DNA from: Macrostomum lignano
Taxonomy: Eukaryota
Direction: 5' to 3'
Assembly: GCA_002269645.1 (NCBI GenBank)
Contig: NIVC01003775.1
Span: 1 to 64,000, forward strand
DNA length: 64,000 nt
Shown here: positions 37,314 through 49,698 of the stretch, one piece after another
How the letters are laid out: every line of letters starts with the position of its first letter
Position numbering within the stretch: the first letter of the stretch is position 1
The notes under the pieces: model-generated
What the model was told of the DNA's origin: nothing
The model's database searches: none
Seen by the model: only the letters and a program-made list of their open reading frames with translations
Program-made: the position numbers and the translations under genes

Positions 37314-37913
37314 CTTCCATTCAGTCGACAGCTCATCCCCTGCCAAATCGCTACCACGTGACTTCTTCGTAGGCGGAATCGGCTGATAGGATGCTAGCAT
37401 GGAGTTGCCAACACCGGCGCCAAGCAGGTCGCTCGTATCGGCGCTCATCTCGGCGCCACTGATGGCGCTGAACTCGTCTTCAATAAGGCCGCCACCATCA
37501 TCATCCGAGGCGGCGTTGGCGGCGGCGGCTGCGGCGGCGGCTGCTGCAGCGGCGGCGGCAGCGGCGGCTTCCTTGAGCTCGGCTTTAGTGAGGCGCTGCT
37601 GGTGCTGCATGGAGGTCTGCGGCATCGCGGGCAGGCACGGAAGAGTTCGCGCCTGCGGCGGCGGGGGTGGCGGCGGTGCCGGCTGCTGCTGCTGGTCGGC
37701 TGTGTCAGCCAAGCGATGCAGCTGAGGGTCCATGACCTCCACCAGGTGGCTGTTCAGCTGGGAAACGATTCGAAATGCGGTCATGAGGTCACGGACGGGC
37801 ATGCTGTCAACTAGCATGCTGGCATTGCTGATGGTGCACTCAAACAGGGTGATAGAGGAGAAAGATGGAGCACCCTGGCTGCCAGAGGGGTTGAGAACAG
37901 CTGCGGAGGCCAT
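37314..37913 (-). CDS. First coding exon of the C14orf93/DUF4616-like gene (low-complexity, poly-Ala/Pro/Gln)
   Basis: ctctaag|caaacaATG context. 200 codons ending ELSTEWK|gtgagc in phase 0, which joins exon 2 (GILRKAY). The link across about 7 kb of repeats is inferred. Confidence 0.65.
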
Positions 37914-39236
37914 TGTTTGCTTAGAGAGATTGGATAGAGGCGCATCAATGTAGATTTAAGAATGTGTTAGCAATTATATAGTTGATGTCTTGATGTAAAT
38001 TATTAGGGAAATAACTAATAGTTAAAGTACTTTATGATAGAGGTTTACTAAGTTGTCTAGCACTTTTGATTAAAGACACCCTAGCACAATACTAATAACC
38101 ATCATAATAGATATTATGCTGATTCAATTCCAGAATTATAAACAAAAAATTCTAATATAATACTGCATGATACCCAGTTTAATTATTAGCAATATTGTTA
38201 TATAGATAGTAATAAAATAGTTGTACCTATTATATTGACTCCTAAGCATATATAAACACACATATTGTATTGTATATCAGATATGTATGTATTGATATGA
38301 AGACTCATAAGGTTTATAGTGGCCTTGAATTTTTAATTGTTAAGCATATGGTTTATGTCTTAGAGAAAAGCTTTTTAAATATATTAAATAGTACAATAAA
38401 ACCTTGCCTTAGCCTTAGTCAATTTTGAAGCTACTTTACCTTTAAATTGAAAAGATTTAAAATTCCTTTATAATTTAGTAAAAGGCATTCAAATAATGTT
38501 TCATGATTTATATACTATCCTATATTTTATAGTTCTAATCAAGATATTCCTAAATTTTTCCATGGAATGCCTGAAAAATTCAAGTTTATACCAAAATTTG
38601 CATATATATATAATTTGTATGCCACAATAAAATTACAAGACCAATGCCATTATAATATAGAGGGAACATTATATTTTTCTTTCTACAGGTGGCTGATATT
38701 GAGATTTTGTTCTAGATTAAAATTTAAGACGATATGATAAGATTTGGGACAAGATGCTTCTAATATTTAGACTTCTTAAGATATGTTCTTAGCAGTCTTT
38801 ATATGCTTCTATACAGCACTGCTGGATCCCTAGCTATTAGAAAATGGGTTCCAGTGCCAGAACTCTAGCCATTACCTTAAAAACAGTATTAGGAAATTGG
38901 TACTACAAATAAACTTATAACAATAAGGACCAAAGGTTGTAATTTAAAAATTTAGCTAGGCCTAGACATAATTTATTAATTGCAAAATGCTGATAAAAAG
39001 AAATTTAAATTACAAACTAAATATTATCATTTTAAAATAAAATTAAGGCTTTAGCAATGGCTAAAATATATACAAAAGGACATATTGATTTCCTTCCATT
39101 TTGTTAATCACTATTGTTTCGTGCATTTTAAAATGTAATTGGCATGCAAGATTAGAATTTGTCAAGTTTGTAAATTTTCATGAAACATTTGATAGGCCTA
39201 CTAACATAACTATCCTCAATATTGATATGCAAATGC

Positions 39237-39237
<1 letters not shown>

Positions 39238-39283
<46 letters not shown>
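39238..39283. repeat. (TAA)n microsatellite
   Basis: About 15 perfect units. Confidence 0.95.
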
Positions 39284-40125
39284 TACATCTAGGCTAATTT
39301 AAGTAGGCCTATTTAACTAAGTTTTATACCCCTTGCCTCAGACTAGATCATACAGGTAGGCCTACGCCGCCTACCAAGTATCACACAATAGTAAAATGTA
39401 GAATTGGAATTATGGTTAATGGTTTCAACTTTCAAAATAGGGACGATATGATATAGGCTAACAAAATTTATAAAGTTATAATTGCAAAAGATAAGAGTTG
39501 AATCGAATGTAACTTTTTAAAATCTAGTCAGAACGCTTGTTGGAGCCTGGCACGTGTCACAGTAAAAATAGAGAAATTTCACGCGAGCACGAGACGAAGA
39601 CTGCTTTGATTTCAAATAGTTGCAAATTTTGTCTCCTAAGTAATAGAACAAATCAATGTTTGTATTAAAAAATATATAATTATTAAAAAGATTTTGACAC
39701 CAATTTTCACATTTTCGTTATTTTAGTCATTATTAAAATAGTCTATAGGATCTATTAACGGTTAATACTAATTACGACAAAAACATTGTTCGGACTCCTA
39801 TAAATTGTCGTTTCAGTTGAGACAATTATTTGTTATTTCTCAGGAAAACCATTTGAGTAAGCACAGACGCCAACACCAGGTGCTCTATGAAACACCAAGT
39901 GCCATTTAATTTAGGTACTCGATCCAAGCTACTGAAAGGGATATGGAGCCCGACGGCGATGAAAGTCGATAAGAAATTCATGGGTGTTTTTAAATTACGT
40001 CGCTGACATATGACGATGCGTTTTATAAAGTGGGTTAAACATCTTGAAAGGTTCCCATTTTCAAGTGACATTAAGAGGCGTCGGAAACGAACGGTCGGAG
40101 CTGACACACTTGAAAAGTCGTACAA

Positions 40126-40428
40126 CAGTAGGGGGGGGGGGGCGTCGCCAACGGGGGCGACAGCTAGGGGGGACATGCCAATGCTTTGTCCCCCCCGACC
40201 CACCTTGTGACCCGTTATGGAAATCAATAATTTTGCTGCAGGGTGACAAAACATAGTACCTGCGGCGCTAAACTGAGTGCCTGCATGCGCGCGGCGCTAA
40301 AATGAGTGCTGACAACACCGATTCTGAAAATGTACATGTAAGAATTTCATTATGTACATGATGTACATGTATAATTATTGGTTTCGTCGCCTCCACCATA
40401 AAATCCATATATAATGGCGACGCCCCTG
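40126..40428. mobile_element. hAT-type MITE (~300 bp)
   Basis: TIR CAG..GGGGCGTCGCCA / TGGCGACGCCCCTG (the left copy has an expanded G run). Flanks TCGTACAA / TCGTACAT form an 8-bp TSD with 1 mismatch. Confidence 0.7.
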
Positions 40429-41039
40429 TCGTACATAAGTTCCTATTATAACAATTTTGAACAGCCATGCAAGCTAGAAAGTACATGTAGCTGTTTAAAC
40501 ATCGCGCGCGAGCTCGCAAAAAATATTTTTCGTGTAAGTGTACAGGTACGTAACGTCTAATCCAGAAAGGTACGTAGTTATTAGCCGTTCAATAATCCTA
40601 GGTTTCTCAGACGAGCTAGCTGCTTAATAAGATTTTGAGAAAAAGTTCATCGAGAAAGTTTACACTCTTGTTTTGAACGGCTTGTGTTTATGTCTGGAGC
40701 AGACGGGGATGGAGGCTTTCGAGTCTGAAATATCTCCGGGAAACGTGCTCTGCTTTCCAAGAGCTGCTTCTGCTAAATGTGCGCGTGATGTGACTTCAAA
40801 GGTAATCTGCAGCTGCTGATAATATAGCGAATCAAGTTCCTCTCACTTACAAGGTTGCGAGCAAAAACTGTTTTGTGTATCTCGTGCTGCAACTGGCGTG
40901 AGCGTGGAGCGTGTGGGCGTGATGGTTCAACACGAAGACTTGATGGAAGACCGTCGCGTATCGGACGACGTTGAGGCTGCAACTGTCGATAATTGGAGAC
41001 GTAAATGCATGTAACTTTCTGCGTCCGCCGTGTTAATAA

Positions 41040-41275
41040 GAGAGGGAATTGAGTGAGGAATGAGAAGAGGGGAGAGAGTAGGGAGAGTAGAGAGCAGAGA
41101 GAAATGAGAATAGATAAAAGAGGATAACGGAGAGATAAGAGAGCAGACGAGAGAGAAGAGAGGAGAGAGAAAAGAATAGATAGGGGAAGGAAGAGAGGAG
41201 AGAGGAGAGGAGAGAGAGAAGAGAGGAGAGACGAGGGAGGAGAGAGAAGAGAGGAAACAGAAGAGAAGATAGAAG
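41040..41275. repeat. GA-rich low-complexity tract
   Basis: gagag/agagg modules. Confidence 0.85.
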
Positions 41276-42469
41276 TTTCACAGGATCCAAGGGATGTAGG
41301 GAGAGTCAGAGGCAGAGGCCAGAGTTTGCCAATACTAGCTTTTTTCAGAGTCAGACAGATATTTCCTGACATTCTTCGCAGAAACCCCAGCCTATAAGAT
41401 CAATGTTTGCCTCAAATTCTAATTTACCACGAATGCACTCCATTTTATGTTTACCTTTACCCTAACTATTAACAAGTTTTTGTTTGAGTATGACCTTAGA
41501 TTTTAGAATTCATAGTTCCAGCCGGGGATTGGAATTCCCCGGCTTCAAAATCCGCGAGCTTGAAACAGCTTTGTAAATATAAAATATACTGATCTGAGCC
41601 CAGCGCCCCACTCACTTTTCTTTCTTTCTGTTATTCAATGCAACTCTTATTTAGATTGGCTTATGTAGTATTTTCTTTAGAATAACAAACCCGAATTACC
41701 TGTGCATGTATCATAACTCCGAAACCGAAATAGTGCTGGACATTGCTAGAACTTTCGGAGTTATGATATTTCGGGGTTTATGATATGGCAACCGGCCCAT
41801 CCTGCAGTAGAAATGCATCTTATAGTCCTCACCTGAGCATCCCGCGGGCCATCTCGTCCATCTCACCCCTACATGTAACCATCCCTGATCCCCCATCCCC
41901 TCCTGATAGAAAACTCTGCTAGTAGATCCCAATTCAAATGAGAGCAAGAAAAACCTCATTAATGTCATGCTAATTGATGTAGATCGAAATTTGCATTTTT
42001 TCAGGAAATTTCTTGCTTGGGTTGCTGATTGCTACAAAAAATTCTCATGAGAGTTTTCCCTTAAGGCCATTAGTTGGATGAAAACAGCTTGATTAATATT
42101 TAAGCCCTCAACTAGAAGACAGGCTTCACGGCATATAAAAGTACACTCTTGAGATAAAGAACTTTTGGACAAAATAGCGAGACTTAATTGCCCCATAGCT
42201 CCGCCTAATTACTGTCATCTCATCGTTTATTTCAAAGCCCGCCCACCTGTCTGCAAACAGCAGCTTGACTTCAAACGTATTTGAGCTTTATTCCGATTTG
42301 CTGAGCTAATGAGCTTTCATGTACTATAAGCGCCTACGCATTTACGACGGCCCTGCATTCTATCCCAGTGCAAAAGGTAAGTATAGCCCTGTTATACCCA
42401 GAGCCCACGCTTAGGAGCTTATTAGTGCTTCGTAAAATACAATCCTCAAATTTACAATATTGTTTCTCA

Positions 42470-42720
42470 CACGCAACTCACTTCTCACACCCACCTCACT
42501 TCTCTCACACCCACCTCACTCCTCTCACACCCACCTCACTCCTCTCACACCACCTCACTCCTCACACCCACCTCACTCCTCTCACCCACCTCACTCCTCT
42601 CACACCACCTCACTCCTCTTACACCACCTCACTACTCACACCAACCTCACTCTTCTCACCCACCTCACCCTTCTCTCTAGCTCCTATCACCCACCTCACT
42701 CCTTACACCCGCTTCACGCA
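42470..42720. repeat. 20-bp C-rich repeat (CCACCTCACTCCTCTCACAC)
   Basis: About 11 degenerate units. Confidence 0.88.
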
Positions 42721-43424
42721 TAGAAGCGAGAAATTAGCACACACAAAGTGTTTAAAAAGCTGTGTCAAAAATTTTCGGTCAGTTCAAGCGAGTCAAGCGC
42801 ATAATGCAATAAAATTCAGATGCGTGCAATGCCATTAGTAGGGCTGCATCCATGAGGAAAAATCTATATTATTCACATATGCCGTGTCCAACAGCTAACT
42901 TCAGGCAAAAATCTAATTTCTTGACTAGAAAGCTAAATATAGGACGGGCCACTCTGGTCCTCAAATGCGTTACTACTCTAAGCGTGTTTGTTGTCAGCTA
43001 CTCAATTTCCTCACCTAGCTTTGAGTGCGTGGGTGGCAACAAAGTGTCAATTAATATGAGTAGTCTGTCTACTTGAGTAGAGAACTCCATGGGATCCGTT
43101 GAGTCCGTCAAGGATTTTTAAAAGCAAGAATTCCGATTGCCAAAAAATACATTATTAAAACAGGATGAAGTCTTTCGTTTTTCTATTTTATGAGTTTAGT
43201 ATTGTTGCCGACGGCATTTCGCCAGGTTGCCCGCAGCCACATTTTTAACGCATCTAATTTAAAATAATCAGTTTTGTACCAAAACATAATATACTTGTGG
43301 TTTTCTGTTTCCAATAATTTTGTTTCAAAATCAATACATTATGTACGTCAGTAATCAAACAAAATAGATCAATTATTATTAACAAGTTTAGAATATTTTT
43401 TAGGTTTTCTGTGATCTTCTTTAC

Positions 43425-44462
43425 ATGATTACCTGCAGTTTCCCGTGATCTTCCTGACATGATTACCTGCAGTTTCCCGTGATCTTCCTGACATGATTAA
43501 CCTGCAGTTTCCCGTGATCTTCCTGACATGATTACCTGCAGTTTCCCGTGATCTTCCTGACATGATCACCTGCAGTTTCCCGTGTGATCTTCCTGACATG
43601 ATTACTTGGTTTCCCGTGATCTTCCTGACATGATTAACCTGCAGTTTCCCGTGTGATCCTTTTGACATGATTACCCGCAGTTTCCCGTGATCTTCCTGAC
43701 ATGATTAACCTGCAGTTTCCCGTGTGATCCTTCTGACATGATTACCTGCAGTTTCCCGTGATCTTCCTGACATGATTAACCTGCAGTTTCCCGTGTGATC
43801 CTTCTGACATTATTACCTGCAGTTTCCCGTGTGATCTTCCTGACATGATTACCTGCAGTTTCCCGTGATCTTCCTGACATGATTACCTGCTGTTTCCCGT
43901 GTGATCTTCCTGACATGATTACCTGCAGTTTCCCGTGTGATCTTCCTGACATGATTACCTGCAGTTTCCCGTGTGATCCTTCTGACATGATTAACCTGCA
44001 GTTTCCCGTGTGATCCTTCTGACATGATTACCTGCAGTTTCCCGTGATCTTCCTGACATGATTACCTGCAGTTTCCCGTGTGATCTTCCTGACATGATTA
44101 CCTGCAGTTTCCCGTGTGATCTTCCTAAAATGATTAACCTGCAGTTTCCCGTGTGATCTTCCTGACATGATTACCTGCAGTTTCCCGTGTGATCTTCCTG
44201 ACATTATTACCTGCAGTTTCCCGTGTGATCTTCCTGACATGATTACCTGCAGTTTCCCGTGTGATCTTCCTGACATGATTACCTGCAGTTTCCCGTGTGA
44301 TCTTCCTGACATGATTACCTGCAGTTTCCCGTGTGATCTTCCTGACATTATTACCTGCAGTTTCCCGTGTGATCTTCCTGACATGATTACCTGCAGTTTC
44401 CCGTGTGATCTTCCTGACATGATTACCTGCAGTTTCCCGTGTGATCTTCCTGACATGATTAC
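43425..44462. repeat. 34-36-bp minisatellite (ACATGATTACCTGCAGTTTCCCGTGTGATCTTCCTG)
   Basis: About 29 units. Confidence 0.96.
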
Positions 44463-45942
44463 TTTATTTACAAACAGATGCAAACAGATGAAGATAGAAT
44501 AAATTATGTCGCTGAAAAATTTCAAGCACGAATTGCAAGCACAGCTGTGATCAATACAATTTGTAAGACAGAGGCTTTAGGCAATCATTTATTTATTTCG
44601 CAGGAATATATTTTCCACACTATAGCGATAGCGACGCGTGCGACGCGTGCCAAAAGCCGTCTTGCCGGATTCTGCAAGCCCCAGTCTCTGAGGGAATTAA
44701 AAATTTTCGCTCATCATAATTCAGTGTGCATCCAGCCTGCTGTACATACTCAACAGACAAGCCTGCTGCTGAGATATGCTATCAAGCCCAGCCCTCTGGG
44801 GAGCAGGTTTCTGGGGTGGCTGTCTGAGTTGGTACTAAATAATACTGGTACGCCTGACTCTCTCCCTTCTCCCTTCCTCCCCCTCGCCCCCTCTCCACTC
44901 GGCTCAAACCCTGCCAGCGCGGGGTCGCTCTGTCAGATGGATCGATAAGGGGGGAGGGGGTTAGTGGACGAGCGAGCAGGAGAAGTGGAGAGGTCGGGTC
45001 TCAATGCAGGAATTGCCGGGCAAAAAAATTCAAGACCCCGCGAGTCTGGTGCTGCGAAGCCAAGGACTGTTTGAAACTTAGCAGTCTGGACTGGAAATCC
45101 TTCAACTTTCTATTATCTTGATGTCAATACTAATAAATATTACCGTTGTATATAGAGAAAGATTAATTTTAATTCATATGGAAGATAAGCTTTTGCAACG
45201 CTTGTATTAACAAAAATATAATATTAATGAGAGTTTAAAAAGTAAGACATTCCTTCAGAGGCACGCATGGGATCAAGAGGTTTCTCAGCTGTTTCTCTTC
45301 CCTTGGATTCATTATTTCAGAATGCTCCGCGGTCGCTAGGTGGCAAAGGTCTGGCTTTAGGAAGAGGAACTGGGCTTGGTTAGAAAGACGCGTGGGTGGA
45401 GACTTGAAGACGCGACGTCTCAGTCCAAGCTTTCTCTCTAGTCAGCTGCTACCCCTGAGGCGAATAAGTGAATGGGGAACTGCAGTGTGGGAAGGCGGGC
45501 GCGCAGACAGGCAGGTCGTGAGCTCCTTGCTGAGAGAGATTCTATGAAACAGAGAAATAGACGAATGAGAGACGGCCGGCTAAATATAGATAGAGTGGGC
45601 GAGTACAGTTTGAGCAGAGCCGGTCTGAGGCAGGTCTGAGGGGAGGTAAACAGCCGACAGAGAGGAGGGAGCAGGACAGGAAGGGGAGAGCGAATGCGGT
45701 TCACGGAACAGGCGTGGGTAGGGCAGAGGGATCGGGCAGGAGGGAGGGCTACTCTTCGCTTTTTATTAAAAAAACGGGCGTCCGGGACAGTTCTGAAGCA
45801 ACAGCTCACGCTTCTCAGGGCTTCTCCGGGCTAGATAACTATTATTTAGGCGCGCCACTTCACCGGGAGATCAGATTTCGACGGAATCTAAGCCAAGGCC
45901 TATAGAGAGCTAGAAAAGAGTTCACCAAGTCAATCCAAGACT

Positions 45943-46303
45943 ATGGAAGGCCTGGCTGAAGTCAACGGTCACAATGAAGCGACGGAGCTGATGGAGCAGG
46001 AGGCTGCAATGGCTGCGGTGGCGGACGCGGCGGAGACGGAGGACTTAGGCGAGCTGGAGGAGGCCGTGGAGGCGGTTGAGTCCATGTCAAGCAACAGCCG
46101 GTACAGCGTGCTGTGCTTCGAGCAGGTGCAACTGCTTCACGAGTTCATGCAGCGCGAGATCTGCATTCAGGGCCGGGGGCCGTACCCCACTCTGAGGCTG
46201 ACCCTGCGCGACCTGGTGTCCAGAGTTCGAGCCCGGATCGAAGCGGACGGTGTGGCTGTGCGAGATGTCCGGTTGAATGGCAGCAGTGCCAGCTTCATCA
46301 TCG
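45943..46303 (+). CDS. TENT5: TENT5/FAM46 non-canonical poly(A) polymerase, exon 1
   Basis: Encodes RYSVLCFEQVQLLH..I.IQGRGPYPTLRL..VRDVRLNGSSASFII; donor G|gtgagt. Confidence 0.92.
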
Positions 46304-47254
46304 GTGAGTCTGCATGGGAAGCTGCTCGTACTGCAAACTCGTGACAAACTCTCTTTGAAAAGTCACTCTATTTGATTATTTATTTACGGCTAAGTGATTA
46401 AAATAAATCACTATGCAGGATTCGGAACGACTGCCTGTCAATCTGTACAATTGAGATTAGAAAACGATAACAGCATTAATTAATTTAGACCTATTTATAG
46501 CCCTATTTATGAGCTGGTTAATTAGTTAATTGATCAGATGAGTTGCCGCAGCGAGTGGGCATCTAAATTTAGACACTAATTTATAAAAGATCTGGTAAAA
46601 GGTCTTCGGGTTGAGCAAGGAGTGAGAGAAAATGTCACGGAGTAGTGAGTAGTAGTGCGCATCTTAGTTCAACGCTGCTTCATGCGGCTCTCACAGGATG
46701 CAACCCCCTTCTCCATCATTGTTCCAGGCCTGTCCTATCTGTGCTGCCATCTCCCATTCCTCACTGCTTCCCCCTGATTGTGTTGTTAGCAACCAATGCA
46801 ATGCTGTCAGTTACCTTGGCTTAAAGTGTAATTATATAAGCTCTATAGGCTTGCAGTACAGTGCAGAACACGCGAGCTCAAGGAGACAGATTCTGTTTCT
46901 TACAAAGAAATTCAATTATTAATGAGGCTGAAACCAGGCAGTGACGCAAGCAAGCAGACGGTTAGTTTCGTATCTGGGGATCAATTGGCCGCGTGGAAAA
47001 TGATTATTGTAATTTTGTGGTTGCATACCGAAAAAACTGTACAAATTTTAAGCTGGTTTTTGGTAAAGAATTTAATATTATATTTTTTAGCCTCAAATTG
47101 CAATTTCGTTTGACATTTTAAGCTTACTGCGCGAATGTCACACTCGAAGCACTTGTTTTTCGAGTCAGTGTGAGAGAAAAAATGTTTTAAAATGTAAAAT
47201 TCTTTTAAAGCAGATTCAGATCGAGTTGAGCAGTTGGGTAAACCAAGCATTGGA

Positions 47255-48655
47255 GGGGGTGGCAGAGGAGGGTATGGGAAAGGAGGGTGTGGGAAAGGAG
47301 GGTGTGGGAAAGGAGGGTGTGGGAAAGGAGGGTGTGGGAAAGGAGGGTGTGGGAAAGGAGGGTGTGGGAAAGGAGGGTGTGGGAAAGGAGGGTGTGGGAG
47401 AGGAGGGTGTGGTAGAGAAGGGTGAGGGAGAGGAGGGTGTGGTAGAGGAGGGAGTGGTAGAGAAGGGTGTGGGAGAGAAGGGTGTGGTAGAGGAGGGTGT
47501 GGTAGAGAAGGGTGTGGGAGAGAAGGGTGTGGGAGAGAAGGGTGTGGTAGAGGAGGGTGTGGGAGAGAAGGGTGTGGTAGAGGAGGGTGTGGTAGAGAAG
47601 GGTGTGGGAGAGAAGGGTGTGGGAGAGAAGGGTGTGGGAGAGAAGGGTGTGGTAGAGAAGAGTGAGGGAGAGGAGAGTGCGGGAGAGGAGAGTGTGGTAG
47701 AGAAGGGTGAGGGAGAGAAGGGTGAGGGAGAGGAGAGTGCGGGAGAGGAGGGTGTGGTAGAGAAGGGTGAGGGAGAGAAGGGTGAGGGAGAGAAGGGTGT
47801 GGTAGAGAAGGGTGTGGGAGAGAAGGGTGTGGGAGAGAAGGGTGTGGGAGAGAAGGGTGTGGGAGAGAAGGGTGTGGTAGAGAAGGGTGTGGGAGAGAAG
47901 GGTGTGGTAGAGGAGGGTGTGGTAGAGAAGGGTGTGGGAGAGAAGGGTGTGGGAGAGAAGGGTGTGGGAGAGAAGGGTGTGGTAGAGAAGAGTGAGGGAG
48001 AGGAGAGTGCGGGAGAGGAGAGTGTGGTAGAGAAGGGTGAGGGAGAGAAGGGTGAGGGAGAGGAGAGTGCGGGAGAGGAGGGTGTGGTAGAGAAGGGTGA
48101 GGGAGAGAAGGGTGAGGGAGAGAAGGGTGAGGGAGAGGAGGGTGTGGTAGAGAAGGGTGAGGGAGAGAAGGGTGAGGGAGAGGAGGGTGTGGTAGAGAAG
48201 GGTGAGGGAGAGAAGGGTGAGGGAGAGGAGGGTGTGGTAGAGAAGGGTGAGGGAGAGAAGGGTGTGGGAGAGGAGAGTGCGGGAGAGGAGGGTGTGGTAG
48301 AGAAGGGTGAGGGAGAGAAGGGTGTGGGAGAGGAGGGTGCGGGAGAGGAGGGTGCGGGAGAGAAGGGTGTGGGAGAGAAGGGTGTGGGAGAGAAGGGTGT
48401 GGGAGAGAAGGGTGTGGGAGAGGAGGGTGTGGTAGAGGAGGGTGTGATAGAGAAGGGTGTGAGAGAGGAGGGTGTGGGAGAGAAGGGTGTGGGAGAGAAG
48501 GGTGTGGGAGAGAAGGGTGTGGGAGAGAAGGGTGTGGGAGAGAAGGGTGTGGGAGAGGATGGTGTGGTAGAGGAGGGTGTGATAGAGAAGGGTGTGGGAG
48601 AGGAGGGTGTGGGAGAGAAGGGTGTGGGAGAGGAGGGTGTGGTAGAGGAGGGTGT
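47255..48655 (+). repeat. 15-bp G-rich minisatellite (GAGAAGGGTGTGGGA), about 93 copies, in the TENT5 intron
   Basis: Lies between donor 46304 and acceptor 49698. Confidence 0.97.
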
Positions 48656-49359
48656 ACGCACGGTACTCAGAGCAGGATCTTGTGACACGGCAAAGCACTC
48701 AGGCAAAGCCCTTACTCCTCTTTCGCATTTCCTACTCAGGTTTCGAGACTAAAAGCACCCCCACTATGCACTGATCCAATTCAGGGATTAATCAATACTC
48801 ATGGTTTGCAAGCGCAACCCTGGTCTGTACAGTTGGTAACTGAGAGCGTCCATTCATGCATTCGCCTGCTTCTACTATAGGAGCAGGATTTAGCAATGGC
48901 TATATTTAGATATGGGGCTGGGGTGGGTTGAAGTCAATTTTTGGGCTCACAGTTTAGTCTCAGCCAAAAAGTGCACTCACTTCATACTTCTAACTGGGCG
49001 AGGTGCTGGCTAAATGCGCCCCCCCCAACTAGAAGCCTTTTTGGTAATAAATAGCCGGCAGTTCATATCCGCATGGATAAAAAATACAACTCGAGATAAA
49101 ACTATAAAATAAATTTTCAGATTTGAGATTATGCTATAGTTCAACACAAAACTGCAGACCGGCCCCAGTCTGCATTTTCTTTCCTGTTTCTAATAAAATT
49201 GTTGCAAAATTAATTGAGAATATTGAAAATCTGGCAAAAATTTGTTAGATCTATATGCTACCTAAACTTTGAGCCCATTTGAGTTTAAGTGTGTCTGTTG
49301 CTGAAATTGCTTTGAGCGAATTTCTCTTTATAGATCTTTCCTTATCTTTACAGTGTCTA

Positions 49360-49635
49360 CCTCCCACTCTAATCTCTCCCTCTTCTCTCCATCTAATCTG
49401 TCTCCCTACCATCTACTCTTCCTCCACATCACTCTACTTTTTCTCCTTACTCCTCTACTCTCCCTCTCCACCTCTCTACCCTCCCTCTTCACCCCTCTAC
49501 TCTCCCTCTCCGTACCCTCTACTCTCCCTCCACACCCTTCTACTCTTTCTCCTCACTCCTCCACTCTCCCTCTCTACTTCTCTACCCTCTCTCCCCACTC
49601 CTCTATTCTCCGTCTCCCCACCCCTCTACTCTCAT
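49360..49635. repeat. CT-rich (CTCTACTCTCC) tract upstream of the TENT5 acceptor
   Basis: Degenerate pyrimidine modules; a similar tract lies at 54705-55050. Confidence 0.85.
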
Positions 49636-49698
49636 AGCAATAGTGATGCTTAATTGAGCACAGCTCACAGTACTGTCTGCACCTTTCCTCCTGCGCAG

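Noticed and set aside
47205-48752. ~500-aa ORFs on both strands
   Set aside because: Translations of a stop-free 15-bp intronic repeat inside TENT5.
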